Below, in pieces: positions 10,413-22,333 of a stretch of 64,000 bases of DNA (position 1 is the first letter of the stretch; each line of letters starts with the position of its first letter). The translations under genes and the position numbers were made by a program. The DNA is taken from assembly GCA_963726195.1 (NCBI GenBank), contig CAVSBO010000008.1, positions 64,001 through 128,000 of the forward strand. Reading direction: 5' to 3'. This DNA comes from Candidatus Thorarchaeota archaeon. GTDB lineage: Archaea; Asgardarchaeota; Thorarchaeia; Thorarchaeales; Thorarchaeaceae. The notes under the pieces are model-generated. The model had not been told where the DNA came from and did not search any database. It worked only from the letters and a program-made list of their open reading frames with translations.

Positions 10413-10678
10413 ATAATCTTCTCTCTATCAACTGGATACTACTCCAAGGGGTGTATGGACTCATCCCACGACTGAAGTGGTGGGCTTTCTCGTACTCTTG
10501 TCATAAGTATGCATGCGGAACTGACGCCACATGGGAAGAGCGAGATTCACCCTGTTCTGCGGTCGTCAGACAAGGTGGCATTTTTCGGTTTCAGGACGTA
10601 TAGCAATTCCTCGTGCGCAGGACTTATAATCAAGCAGTTTTGCAGACCAATCAATCCTAGCCACCTTGGAGCGTACTG

Positions 10679-11470
10679 TTGATGAAGATAATAGTGCCCG
10701 TCAAGCAAGTACCTGAGGTCGCTGAGGTCCGCATCAATCCTCAGACTGGTACGCTCATAAGAGATGGAGTGCCGAGCATTCTAAATCCGTTCGACGAGTA
10801 TGCAGTTGAGGCCGCAATACAGCTGAAAGAGAAATTCGGCGGCGAAGTGACCGTAATTACGATGGGCCCTCCTCAGGCCAAAGATGCGCTTTACAAGGCT
10901 CTGGCAATGGGGGCAGACAAAGCTATCATTCTCACAGACGTAGCATTCGCTGGTGCAGACACTTGGGCCACTGCCCATACTCTTGCTGAAGAAATCAAGA
11001 AGTTGGAGTATGACTTGGTTATCTGCGGGAAGCAGGCCATAGACGGCGACACCGCACAGGTGGGTCCTGAGCTTGCGGAGCTTTTGGGCGTTCCTCAGGT
11101 CTGTTATGTGCGCCACCTTGAGGTAGACCCGGATGGCAAGCGTCTGACCTTGCACAAGAGCACTGATGACGGGTACGAGGTAGTCAGCGTCAAGATGCCG
11201 GCGCTACTCACAGCGACGAAAGGCCTGAACGAACCTAGGCTTCCTAACATCATGGGGATAATGAAAGCAAAGAAGAAACCACTGGAGGAAGTGAATGCTG
11301 CCACGTTGGGAGTGCCTCCTGACCAACTCGGATTGAAGGGGTCGCCCACCACTGTCAGGAGAGTGTTCGCACCTGAGAAAAAGAAGGGCGGCATCAAGAT
11401 TGATGGAACCGATCCAAAGGCAGCCGCGAAGAAGCTAGTGGAGTTCCTTGCTGAGAAGGGGGCGATCTAG
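10679..11470 (+). CDS. etfB: Electron transfer flavoprotein beta subunit
   Basis: VKQVP, NPFDEYAVE, GADTWAT, GKQAIDGDTAQVGP. Confidence 0.95.
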   Translation: MMKIIVPVKQVPEVAEVRINPQTGTLIRDGVPSILNPFDEYAVEAAIQLKEKFGGEVTVITMGPPQAKDALYKALAMGADKAIILTDVAFAGADTWATAHTLAEEIKKLEYDLVICGKQAIDGDTAQVGPELAELLGVPQVCYVRHLEVDPDGKRLTLHKSTDDGYEVVSVKMPALLTATKGLNEPRLPNIMGIMKAKKKPLEEVNAATLGVPPDQLGLKGSPTTVRRVFAPEKKKGGIKIDGTDPKAAAKKLVEFLAEKGAI

Positions 11471-11472
11471 AG

Positions 11473-12672
11473 ATGGCACTAATCTATGACAAGGAGAAAT
11501 GCACGGGCTGCATGCTGTGTCCCAAGGTGTGCAACTTTGGAGCCATTGCCAAGGACGGTCAGAAGGTTAAGTTTGACTTCAACAAGTGTGTGCTCTGCGG
11601 GTCATGTGTTGACGTATGTCCGGTTGATGCCATAAGGATCGAAAGGAAAGCTGTAGACAAAGAGAAGATTGCTCAGTACAAGGATGTCTGGGTAGTCTGC
11701 GAAACTTCCGAAGGTCGATTGAAGAGCGTATCTTATGAGCTCGTGACCGAGGCTCGTGTTCTCGCAAAGAAGCTAGGCGAGAGGGTAGTGGCAGTGCTCA
11801 TCGGGTTCGAAGTGTCGGCGCTTGCTCCCTCGCTGATTCATCAGGGCGCTGACAAGGTCTTGGTCGCTGATGACAAAGCTTTCACAGACTTCACGACCGA
11901 TGCGTTTGCGATTGCAGTAACTTCCATGATAGCACCAAGAAAACCTGCTATCGTGCTGTTTGGAGCGACCACCAATGGAAGAGATCTGGCTCCTCGTGTG
12001 GCTGCGCGTCTTGGGCTAGGCCTTACCGCAGACTGCACTGGTCTCGACATCGATGACAAACGTCAGCTCGTTCAGACTCGTCCAGCATTCGGCGGTAACA
12101 TCATGGCTGAGATTGTGTGCCCCTATACACGGCCGCAAATGTCTACTGTCCGACCGAATGTCTTCAAGCCAAGCGAACGGGATACATCTCGCAAGGGCGA
12201 AATCGAGAAGGTTCCGATTCAGGTTAACCCTGTTCAAGTCCGTACGAAGGTCTTGAAGAAAGTGAAAGAGATTGCCGAAGGGATGAAACCCGTAGATACA
12301 GCGGACATTATTGTTTGCAGTGGTCGAGGGATCAAAGACCCGGAGAATCTTTCCCTTCCAACTGAGCTGGCGAAACTGCTGGATGCAGCGGTCGGCGGCT
12401 CAAGACCGGTTGTTGATGCGGGGTGGCTACCCCCAGCTCAGCAGGTGGGTCAGTCTGGACGCACCGTGTGTCCGAAGCTTTACTTCGCGCTAGGGATATC
12501 GGGGCAGATCCAACACCTCGTGGGGATGCAGACCAGTTCGATCATTGTTGCCATAAACAAAGACCCAGAAGCTCCAATCTTTGGAGTCGCAGACTTCGGC
12601 ATTGTCGGCGACCTATTCGAAATCGTGCCGGCAATCATAGAGGAACTCAAGAAGCTACAGGCAGAACGATGA
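11473..12672 (+). CDS. etfA: Electron transfer flavoprotein alpha subunit with N-terminal 2x[4Fe-4S] ferredoxin domain
   Basis: CTGCMLC..VC and CVLCGSCVDVCP; RPAFGGN, QVGQSG, GISGQIQHLVGM. Confidence 0.95.
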   Translation: MALIYDKEKCTGCMLCPKVCNFGAIAKDGQKVKFDFNKCVLCGSCVDVCPVDAIRIERKAVDKEKIAQYKDVWVVCETSEGRLKSVSYELVTEARVLAKKLGERVVAVLIGFEVSALAPSLIHQGADKVLVADDKAFTDFTTDAFAIAVTSMIAPRKPAIVLFGATTNGRDLAPRVAARLGLGLTADCTGLDIDDKRQLVQTRPAFGGNIMAEIVCPYTRPQMSTVRPNVFKPSERDTSRKGEIEKVPIQVNPVQVRTKVLKKVKEIAEGMKPVDTADIIVCSGRGIKDPENLSLPTELAKLLDAAVGGSRPVVDAGWLPPAQQVGQSGRTVCPKLYFALGISGQIQHLVGMQTSSIIVAINKDPEAPIFGVADFGIVGDLFEIVPAIIEELKKLQAER

Positions 12673-12694
12673 ATCGTCGAGCCGCTCTCTGACA

Positions 12695-13800
12695 CTAGAC
12701 AAGGCTGAGGGACAGTCTCTTGGCTAGGACTATTCCGTAGGCCGCAGATGCTATTCCCGAAACAATAGTCGCGGTAAGGGGCGGGAACAACAGGAAGCCC
12801 CAGTTGGGCCCGGTTGTATGAATCATTCCTCCCGACATCCAATACAGCCACAGGGTGATGTTGGAATCAACCTTTGTAAGCGTGAGAATCGCATCCTTCT
12901 GCAATTGGATATGCAGGAAAACACCCTCACCTGATGCGAACTTGGCAATGAACTCCTCGTTGCCCGATTCAGTTTGAAAACCCATGGCGACAGAGCCTCC
13001 GTCGGCCGTCATGGAAACAGAGATTTCGTTGTCGCCCCATGAGCGAAGACTGGTCTGGTATTGGGGCTGGGATGCGTTCAGTTCAACATTGATTAAGTCG
13101 AAATATCCATACCATTGGGCATCATAAACGATATGGCCTTCGTTAATCCCGTATAAGACTGTAACTGGGGTGAAACACAGAGATGAGAACAGCATCAAGA
13201 CCGCAATGAAGGCTGGGCGCGCGTGACTGGGCCACTTACTTTCTAGCTTCGTCTTGGCATTTCTCTCTATGGCGTAGAACCAGTAGAGGGAGGTTCCCAA
13301 AATCACAACACCCAACCCAAAAGGAATGACTTGTGACGCCAGTACATAGTACGGGCAGACACTGGCGCAGCAGAGTTGGGCTAACACAGTGGCACCTTCT
13401 TTGCAGTAGAGGAGGGCCAACACAGAAACAGTCGCATCTCTGCTTTCCCGAATGAAACCTATCTCTCCTGGAGCAAAATGATAGAGTTCGAGCGTGAGAT
13501 TCTGGATTTCGGTCACGTTGGCCAGCTCTAGGTAAATGCCCGAGGATCCATAAGCTACTATCCGAACCGGGGTCTCATTCGAGTCTACTCTGAGAATCTT
13601 CACGACATTAGTCGAGTCTGTCTAGGCTCATGTTGTACGTCGGGGCGCTTGAGGATAGCACGAAGGTCAGGCTAACAGTCCTACCAGTCGGGGCGGCCGA
13701 GAGAGGACGCACGAACGGCGAGGAGAAAATGAGCAGTCCTCCAATCAGCACAAGAATCGAGAAGACGTAGACCAGAAGCCGAGGATGTCGCCCAGTCATC
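12695..13800 (-). CDS. Hypothetical membrane protein (frameshift near 13605)
   Basis: Two consecutive ORFs with TM segments alternating with beta-rich extracellular domains. Confidence 0.55.
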
Positions 13801-14130
13801 TTCTCCAGTCTCCCATTTACCTGCCAATGTCTGTGTAAGCTAGTTATCATAGATAAGCATACGCTCATCTAGGACGGAATCTGGCAGACCCTAGACTACA
13901 TGAGTTGCTTAAGCCATCCACGCCTTTGTCCGAGCCCTCTTTGCCAAAGGTGCTCGATTCTCTAGCCCGATGAGCTTGGCAAATGCGGCATCTAGGCATG
14001 ACGCCAGAATGCCTGAGACAAATCAGAATGGTACGAACACGATTCAGACGATTCGGAGCAAGTGCCACTCGATTGACCGGAAGACAAATGAGTGATGAGG
14101 GCAATCCTATCCGACGAAGGTGCATGAATA

Positions 14131-15072
14131 GTGGTGGACGTAGAAATCCCGTTCACAGAACGCAACGGTAAGACAAGGGCTATTCGTGTCAACAACAACG
14201 CCCCCACAATTGACATGACGGGCAAAGGGCTTGCCGCAGTCAATCTTACATCCGTCAGAGCGTGTGGTCACCTGACACGTCTCCTGCTAAATGATAATGA
14301 GCTAACCGCTGTGGATCTCTCACCCCTGACTGCATGCCCCCAGCTGACAGTCCTTGCCCTGAAGAAGAACAGGCTCCAGAGCGTAGATCTCTCGCCATTA
14401 AAAGACTTGACACATCTTGAGGCAATCGACCTGAAAGAGAACATGCTCACAAGGCTAGACCTATCACCCATTAGGAATCACGCAGTTCTTCAGAAGATAT
14501 TCTTGGCCGGAAACCCGCTGACAGAGCTTGATGTTTCCGCTCTGTTGACCTGCAGGAGTCTAAAGGAAGTCGAGATAGGACGACACGTAAGACTCAAAGC
14601 GGACATGGCTCTAGCGGGCTCATCAGTGGCAGCCATGCAACAGTACAAGAAGCAGATAGTCTGGATTGACATACACACTCTGGAGACTCAGACCGCAACG
14701 GTTACAGCTGCACAGCAACACATCAAAGCATTATCTCAAGATACTCGAGACAGCACGAGGAAGAGAGTTCTGGGAGTACTGAAATCGCAAACTAGGATTA
14801 GTATGAACAAGCTCATGCCGTACTCGGGATTACCAATCGATGAAACCAGAGAGCTTGTCTTCGAGCTCGTAGGATCTGGCGCCGTGACAGGTAGGTTCGA
14901 CCCTGACACGGACGAATTCATATCTCTGGATGCAGTGCAGGCAGCCGCTTTGATGCGCTCTGAAGGCCCCACCATGCAACAGTGTCAACACTGTGGAAAG
15001 CCCTTCCCAAAGGCCCTGATGCCTGGTGAGTCTTGCACCTGCGAAAGCTGCGGTCAGGTCAATGAAGCCTAG
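14131..15072 (+). CDS. Leucine-rich-repeat protein with PCI/wHTH-like domain and C-terminal Zn ribbon
   Basis: Several LxxLxLxxNxLxxVDLSPL repeats; ELVGSGAVTGRFD; CQHC...CESC. Confidence 0.85.
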   Translation: MVDVEIPFTERNGKTRAIRVNNNAPTIDMTGKGLAAVNLTSVRACGHLTRLLLNDNELTAVDLSPLTACPQLTVLALKKNRLQSVDLSPLKDLTHLEAIDLKENMLTRLDLSPIRNHAVLQKIFLAGNPLTELDVSALLTCRSLKEVEIGRHVRLKADMALAGSSVAAMQQYKKQIVWIDIHTLETQTATVTAAQQHIKALSQDTRDSTRKRVLGVLKSQTRISMNKLMPYSGLPIDETRELVFELVGSGAVTGRFDPDTDEFISLDAVQAAALMRSEGPTMQQCQHCGKPFPKALMPGESCTCESCGQVNEA

Positions 15073-15160
15073 CACTGATTGACAAGTCCGGATTGGAGTT
15101 CGGTGGGGCGGAGTTGAATTCTTCCTTGCATAGTGCTGACCAAGATAATCTCAGAAGACG

Positions 15161-15778
15161 TTGACATACGATGGGTGCCGAATCTTGATTACGCTTCGTT
15201 TGTACCGCTTTGCCAATGCGCCGCAAACTATGCTAACCAGACTGCGCGAAGCAGTTCTCAGCAGACTGCCGAAAGATCTCGTCCGAATTCAGATTCAACC
15301 TACTGAACTGAGCGTACAGAGAGACGCATTCTTCCCAGTTCGCGGCCAGTACCTCGCCGATTCCTTTCTCAGTTTGTTGAATCAACATGTTCCTCGTGGT
15401 GAGCATGGTCTTGCTCTGGTTAATCTCGATTTGTTTGTTCCAGAGCTAGATTTCGTCTTCGGCGTTGCTCAGTATGGAGGAAGTGCTCTCGTTGCCCTCC
15501 CGCGGCTTAGTCCCATGTTCTATGGTTTACCTGAAGACTCTGAAATCTACTTTCAACGGGCCTTGAAGGAAACAGTGCACGAATTGGGTCATGTCTTTGG
15601 TCTAGAGCATTGCAGGGAGTTCTGCATCATGCGCTTTTCGAACTGCCTAGAGGACACAGACCGGAAACCGGACAGCTATTGTTCAGGTTGTTTCAAAGAG
15701 GCTGAGGAAGACCAATGCCTGCGTTGTGAGAATTCATCGGATATTTCGTCAATGACGACAGTCTTGCTACCATGGTAA
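15161..15778 (+). CDS. Archaemetzincin (M54 Zn metalloprotease)
   Basis: HELGHVFGLEHC...CIMRFSN...D.K...C..C; LDFVFG. Confidence 0.9.
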   Translation: MTYDGCRILITLRLYRFANAPQTMLTRLREAVLSRLPKDLVRIQIQPTELSVQRDAFFPVRGQYLADSFLSLLNQHVPRGEHGLALVNLDLFVPELDFVFGVAQYGGSALVALPRLSPMFYGLPEDSEIYFQRALKETVHELGHVFGLEHCREFCIMRFSNCLEDTDRKPDSYCSGCFKEAEEDQCLRCENSSDISSMTTVLLPW

Positions 15779-16365
15779 TGAAACGTGAACTGTGGTTTGT
15801 CTCGAGATTCGTGCCTACACAGAATCCCGGGGGCTGTCATCGTTGCAACGAAGATCAAGCATCGACCAGACTCCCATCGCTATGGGGCTGAGGATAGGTA
15901 TGAAAGCAACAACCAATAGGAGCAGCACTGGGCCAATGCAGGACCTGGACGAAGACGGTTCATTGGGTTCTGTTTGCTACTCGTTCAAATGGAGGCATCC
16001 AAATCTAGCAGAATAGATGTTGAAGTGATAAGACTCTCTCTTTGAGCAAGTCTCCACCGTTCATTGCAAGTTGGGCAAAGCCGGACACAACCGCCTTTGC
16101 TTTCTCAGAAACGGCAATAGGGTCGCACTCCTTGAGACTGCAATATGCCGAGTCAACCTCAAAGATATGTCTAGTTCCGGTCAATCAAGCTCTTATTCGA
16201 AGATTTCCAAGATTGTCCAACTTCCACAAAGCTGTTGCATACCCGTGCACTTGCATAACGTCTATATATCAAGAGATGTCACAAATGCGTTGCGAGAGAC
16301 AATCGGCATCTCCGCACTATGTGGATCATCAAACGAAGGGCCGCATCATCAAAGGAGGGCGAGTC

Positions 16366-16869
16366 GTGGAAGGCGACGAGGGAGTTGACAAGAAGAAGCG
16401 CATGCGCAGGGTATGCCTCTTGAACCTCTCTCGAGTTGCCATGTACTCCTCTGTGGTGGTAGTTCAGTGTCTGCATCTCGGATTCGTTTGGTTCTCTGCA
16501 TGGGCTTTTCTCGACTGGTTGTTTTACCTGTATTTCTCAGGCTCAGACTTGATGCTTGTCTTAACGCCGCTGCTTCTTGCGCTTCTTGATACCCTGTTGA
16601 TGGTGTGGAGTACAAGGCCGTCTCGCGGTTCCATGGTTGCCGCACAATTCGTTTCGCTAATAGCGATCCTCATTTCGCTGAATACCCTGATTCCGCTTGT
16701 GACTTCTTCAACCGCACTGTCCACCTACCAGATGACTATGCTTGTGCTTGGCATATCCGTGTTCTTGATTTCTGTCTTGGACATAATCCTTCAGCGAATT
16801 GGCTCTCTGCCGGACCAAGAGAGGGTGCAAACGATCTCGAGCGGTGACTTCAGGTCATACGAAGGCTGA
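16366..16869 (+). CDS. Hypothetical membrane protein (4 TM)
   Basis: Hydrophobic segments in the 3' half of ORF 16042-16869; start uncertain. Confidence 0.55.
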   Translation: MEGDEGVDKKKRMRRVCLLNLSRVAMYSSVVVVQCLHLGFVWFSAWAFLDWLFYLYFSGSDLMLVLTPLLLALLDTLLMVWSTRPSRGSMVAAQFVSLIAILISLNTLIPLVTSSTALSTYQMTMLVLGISVFLISVLDIILQRIGSLPDQERVQTISSGDFRSYEG

Positions 16870-17063
16870 GGGAAGTGGTCCCGATTCCGAGGCTACTAGA
16901 GAGGTCTTACAGACTTCGTGAGAGAATTCCACGGATAGCTGAAGCCGATACCAAGGTCTCCAGCAAGGTCGGAATGCGTGCTGTGTAACTGTACAAAAAC
17001 CGAAAAGTTATAAGGTAATGTATTAGTGTACAGTTCAAGTGTTGAGGCAACCTCTGTTGCGCA

Positions 17064-17781
17064 ATGTCTAACCAAGTGGTGATGAACACGAGTGACGATA
17101 TCGATGACATCAAGAAAGAGCTCGAAGAGGTGCGTAGGCTCAAGGAGAGTCTCAAAGAAGAACTCGAGGAGCTCCGCAAAGAGAACACGGACAAAGAAGG
17201 CAGACCCAGGTGCCGAGAGCACGCACATCCACGCGAGCCATACGTTGTGGATCTCCGTGGTGTGACTGAGGGTTCTCGATGATATGATGGAAGGACTCGG
17301 CGAACAAGTACGCGCCTCTTTGAAGAGTGTTGGAGGAATCGAGGGATGCATAAGGGCTCCCCAGTTTCGAATGGTGCGGATGGGGAGGGAAGCTCGTAGG
17401 CGCATTGAGACCATACCACCAGAGCGCGTTGCCAAGGCAGTTAGCCCCTTGGGCAGTGAGGAGCGTCTAAAGATACTAGACATCCTCAAAGAAGGCGGCA
17501 AATCCTTCAATGAGCTGGAAACACTGACCGGCAAGACAGGGAGCTCCCTGATGCACCACCTAGTGCCTCTGATGGAAGCCGGTTACATAATCAAGGGCGA
17601 GGTACGAGGCACATATTACGTGACAGTCGAAGGCCGACTCGCATACCGTCTCGCACAATGGCTGACAGGGAGGGTCGAAGCACAGCGGATTCGAACAGGC
17701 GAGAACGGAGAGGGCAAAATCAGTGTGTCCTTTGAAGATGAGAACAAGGATACCGAAACCGAGGGAGATGATCACGAGTGA
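17064..17781 (+). CDS. ArsR-type wHTH regulator with N-terminal coiled coil (frameshift near 17280)
   Basis: LGSEERLKIL..L..GGKSFNEL...LMHHL..L..AGYI...RGTY. Confidence 0.75.
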
Positions 17782-18531
17782 CAGGTTTTGAGCATGACGA
17801 GAACGTGATGGCCACTTCAGCCGCGCTGAGATTTGGTTTCACACGAGAAGGCCAAGGTCCAAGTTGAGCCTGGCTGCACTTGGACGCACCTTCTACGCAA
17901 CGGGGAGCGAGTTGGTATCGCATACACGGGCCCCTCGAAATTCACAGTCGATGCCATCACTGAGACCGCTGGCGGCGCTGTCGGAAGCACTGCATCAGGG
18001 TCACTGAAAGGAATTCAAATCTACATCGGAAAAACCACGATTGAGGACGTTTCAGGACCTGTTACGGAGAACGTTCTCAATGATTGCGGCTATCCCAATG
18101 CTGCTGCATTCCTACGTGCAGTTGACGACAGCATTGAGCATCGTCTGGACGGCGGCCGCAAGGTGAGAATTGCCAAGCAAGACGACGCCATCCTTCTCGG
18201 CAATACTGAACAGGATAAGCCACTGACACTGTTGGTAAGACCTTCCGGCCTAGTGTTCATGAAAGGCAGCAATGTCTTCGTCGAGGAAGACGGTCGAACT
18301 GTATCAGTCGGCAAGAACGGTGTGGCTTTCAGAAACAGGGATGGAAAAAGCATCGTCTTGGCAGGTGATGGCATCACGGGTTTGAATGAGTTGGAGAGAA
18401 TCGGCCCCATGCTCGGCAGGGCCATGGGCATGATGTGCGGCCCGGGTTCTTTCAGATTCCCTAGAAGGCCGGACCACATGATGCACGGTTCACACTGCTG
18501 CAGTGATGACGACGAACCCGATGACACATAA
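17778..18531 (+). CDS. Hypothetical beta-rich protein (frameshift near 5' end)
   Basis: Long ORF overlapping the stop codon of the upstream regulator. Confidence 0.5.
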
Positions 18532-18580
18532 CAAGTCCATGCACAGGCACAAGGCAGCTCTAAATCCCTTGAACGTGGTA

Positions 18581-20393
18581 TCATGGCGCTAGGATGGGAG
18601 CTGCCTCTGGCCTGATTTGCAGTTCATAAAGAGAGTAGTATGTACCCTTCTTTTTCATCAGTTGGGCATGTGTTCCCGACTCCACTATTCTGCCATTGTC
18701 AACGACAAGGATTCTGTCTGCGTTCATTATCGTTGACAGCCGGTGTGCAATTACAATCGAGGTCCTGCCTTTCAGCAGTGCCTTCAAACCTTTCTGTATC
18801 ATGTGCTCTATGTAGATATCAACCGAACTGGTTGCTTCGTCAAGTATGAGTATCTTCGGGTCAGCAAGCAGTGCTCGAGCGAAGCTCACTCAGCTGTCGT
18901 TCCCCTTCAGAAAGTCGTGAGCCTCTCTCTCCAACTTGCGTCTCGAATCCGTTTTCTAGGCTCTCGAAGATGGATCTCGCACCGATGGCCTCGGTAGCCT
19001 TGGCGACCTGATCATCTGTCGCACTGGGCCGACCGTACCTTATGTTCTCCCTTATGGTTCCTTGAAACAGAAATGGTTCTTGGAGGACAAGGCCTATTCT
19101 TGACCTTAGGGAGTTCTGAGTCACGGAACGGATGTCAATTCCGTCGATTCTGATTGAACCAGAGCTGACATCGTAGAACCTATTCAGAAGATTGACGATT
19201 GTTGTCTTTCCCGCGCCTGTGTTCCCCACGATTGCGACTGCTTCACCTGGCATTATCTCTAGGTTGAAGTTCGCCAAGACCGGTCTGCCTTCAATGTAGC
19301 TAAACGTGACGTCAGAGAAGGTAACTTGCCCACTGATTTCAGGCATCTCTTTCGCGTCAGGTGCATCAAGAACTGTTGCCTTGGTGTCCAAGATGCTGAA
19401 GATGCGCTCCGATCCCGCAAACGCGCTCTGCACCGTATTGTAGAAGTTAGTGATTGTGAGCATAGGCTGAAAGAATCGGTCGTTGAACTGAATGAAGAGC
19501 ACAAGTGTCCCCAGTGTCAGAGTGCCCTGAAGGAGCCGCGTTCCGCCAAAGCACAACATGAGAACCACACCGATACCTCCAATGAATCTCACGACCGGAA
19601 AGAAAGTGGATGTTGCCTTCGAAGCTTCAACATTCGATTGATAGTCCGCCCGATTGACTTCCGCAAAACGAGCGCTGCTGGTACGTTCCCTTGCGAAGCT
19701 TTTCGTCACCTTTGCACCCGAGATGCTCTCCGCAAGGTTCGAGGTCACACTCGAGATAGTCTTTCTTGTGCTTCTGTATGCCTTTCTCATCTTTACTCTG
19801 AAATACATCATGGAGACGGCGAGCAACGGCACGACTGTAAGTGAAATGAGGGCGAGCTGCACATCTACTGTGAAAATCACAAAGCCAATTGCGAAAACAA
19901 CGAAGAACTGAGCAAACGTATCGATGAGTTCGCCTGCAAGGAATTCGCTCACCTTGTCGATATCATTGGTCAATCTAGAGAGGATTCTTCCACTGGATGT
20001 ATGGTCGTAGAAATCTTGAGACATCGTTTGCAGGTACTCGTAAAGCTCCTGCCTCATCCGGTAGACTGCCATTTGCCCCATGACCGCCATCAGATAGCCT
20101 GAGCCGTAGCTTGACAACCAACCTAGGGCCTGCAGTATGGTGTATAGAAGTGCTGTGAGGAACAGCGGATAGAGATTGCCAGACGAGTACGCATTTGGGA
20201 AATCAACATCTATCGCTTGTCTGAGCACGAAGGGTGACCAAATGGTGAGAATAATGCCCAATGCGACAATCACCACATCGGCGGCGAAGAGTCTTCTGTA
20301 CGCAAGCAGATACCGGACCATGCGCCTCAAGAGGGTCCCATCCGGATACTCGTGGGTCCTCTCGTCCTCATCCTCAATAATGGAGCCACTCAT
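18581..20393 (-). CDS. ABC exporter, fused permease/ATPase (frameshift near 18885)
   Basis: GNTGAGKT, LSEGERQ, ILILDEATSSVD, IAHRLST. Confidence 0.92.
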
Positions 20394-22312
20394 GTTGCCT
20401 GTCCTCCGACAGCTGCCATAGTTGGTCTTCGTTGTGAACGTCCAGTCCGAGTATCCATCCCTGCTAGCGTGGTCAGGATGTCTGCATACAAACCCCCTTT
20501 CGCGAGCAGTTCTTCATGAGTCCCAGATTCCACGATGTGGCCGCGGTCCATCATTACTATCAGGTCGGCATTTCGAATGGTCGAGATGCGATGCGTAATC
20601 ACGAAGGTCGTACGACCGGCCATCACGTTTTCCAGCGCTTTGCGAATCAGGTTCTCTGTCTTTGCATCAACTGAGCTAGTAGAGTCATCAAGGATGAGTA
20701 TGCGAGGGTCGGCCAACAATGCTCTTGCTATGGCAATCCTCTGCTTCTGGCCGCCGCTAAGTGTTACTCCTCGTTCCCCGATAACGGTGTCATATCCCAT
20801 CTCAAGAGACAACACAAAGTCATGTATCATCGCCGCTTTTGCAGCTTCTTCAATCTCCTCCAGTGCAGCATCGGGCCGGGCAAAGGCGATATTCTCACGT
20901 ATCGATGCCGAAAACAGAAATGGGTCTTGGTGGACCATCCCGATTTGTTTCCTCAAGTCCTGAAGGCTGTACTGACGGACATCGACACCATCGATAAGTA
21001 GCGCCCCGGGCTGTTTTACAGGGTACATCCCACCTTGAATCGATATGATGCCATCCCGCATGGCGTATTCTTTTCCGTCTATCTTTGTCTTGCCCTTCTC
21101 GTCTATCCTGTAGGTCTTGCCTCGGTACGTCACATTCGGTTGCGACTCCACGTCGTAGAATCTGGGAATCAAGTTGATCAAGCTGGTCTTCCCTGAGCCG
21201 GTCCCCCCCAGCAAAGCCACGACTTGGCCGGGCTTGACTTTCAAATTGACGTCTCTCAGTATCCATTTCTCACCACGATAGACTGAAGTCCACTCTATCG
21301 AACTCAACCTCCCCTCGGAGTCGTTCAACATGCACAGGATTCTCTGGTTCCATCATTCTGTCAGAATGATCTAGGATGTAGAAGGTCCGCTCGGCGGCCG
21401 CAGACGCTCTTTGGTACATGCCGACTCCCCAGCTGAAGAACCGTGCCGGAAGACCTAGCATTGTAACTAGGCTGACAAACGCCACAAACTCGCCATACGA
21501 CATTATGTCGACGACATAGAGGAGACCACCATAGTAGATTACGAAGCCGGTAGCAATACCTAGCACAGTGATCAAGAATGGTGAGTAGAGTGCGTTCAGC
21601 TTGAATGCTCGGATTACTATGTCCATGAAGCCTCTGTTTTCGCGCTCGACCCGCATTGATTCCCTTTCTACAGTTGCGTATGATCTGATGACCTTCATTC
21701 CAACTATGTTCTCTTGCATGACGCTGCTCAGCACACCAAACTGGTTTCGGGACGACATGAAAATCGGGCGCACTCGCTTTGCAAACACGTAAACGAACAG
21801 TATCATCGACGGGACAATCAGAAGCATGTAGATGGTCAGCTGGTGGTTTCAGCTGCCACATGACATAGTAGGTACCCAGCAACGAGAACCACCCCGATGA
21901 ATATCACACGATAACCCCAGACCAAGAACTCCCGCATCGTGGTGACATCGGTTGTGACTCTAGCTAAGAGCTGGCCGGTCTCATTCTCGTCATAGAATGC
22001 TAGGTCCTTTTCCATCAGACTATCGTAGAGCTCAGAACGGAGGTCGTAAATCACATGCTGTGCCATGAGCGAAGACAGATAGCGGCCAACCATGTCTAAG
22101 GCCGCGTAGAGACCAATCAGCAACAGATACAGAAGGGCGTAAGAAAGAAGCAGGCCATACTGCAAGTTTGGTATGACCGAGTCTACGATGATGGCAAGCA
22201 CGAGCGGCGTGATTGTATTGAACATGACACCTAGACCTGCAGCAAGCATAGCACCGATGAAGAGACCACGCTGCTTGATGGCATAGCCCGTGAGTCTTCT
22301 CATGTACCCCAT
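20390..22312 (-). CDS. ABC exporter, fused permease/ATPase (frameshifts near 21275 and 21850)
   Basis: TMD in 21836-22312 and 21270-21827; GGTGSGKT, LSGGQKQR, ILDDSTSSVD; heterodimer partner of the adjacent gene. Confidence 0.9.
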
Positions 22313-22333
22313 AGCTTCTGTCGTCCTTTGTTG

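Larger units (their letters stand above)
8713..10500 (-). mobile_element. Decayed IS200/IS605 element (tnpA remnant + split tnpB)
   Basis: Left-end hairpin CCCACCACTTCAGTCGTGGG (~10465-10484). Right end CTCACAATCTTTAGCCGTGGGAGTATGTCAG ending at 8713. tnpA and tnpB fragments lie between. Confidence 0.88.

Noticed and set aside
10679-12672. Ferredoxin-fused EtfA as a novelty
   Set aside because: This is a known architecture in anaerobic archaea and bacteria
15090-15125. tRNA-3'-like fragment (TTCAACTCCGCCCCACC on the minus strand)
   Set aside because: No cloverleaf, anticodon arm or T-stem pairing
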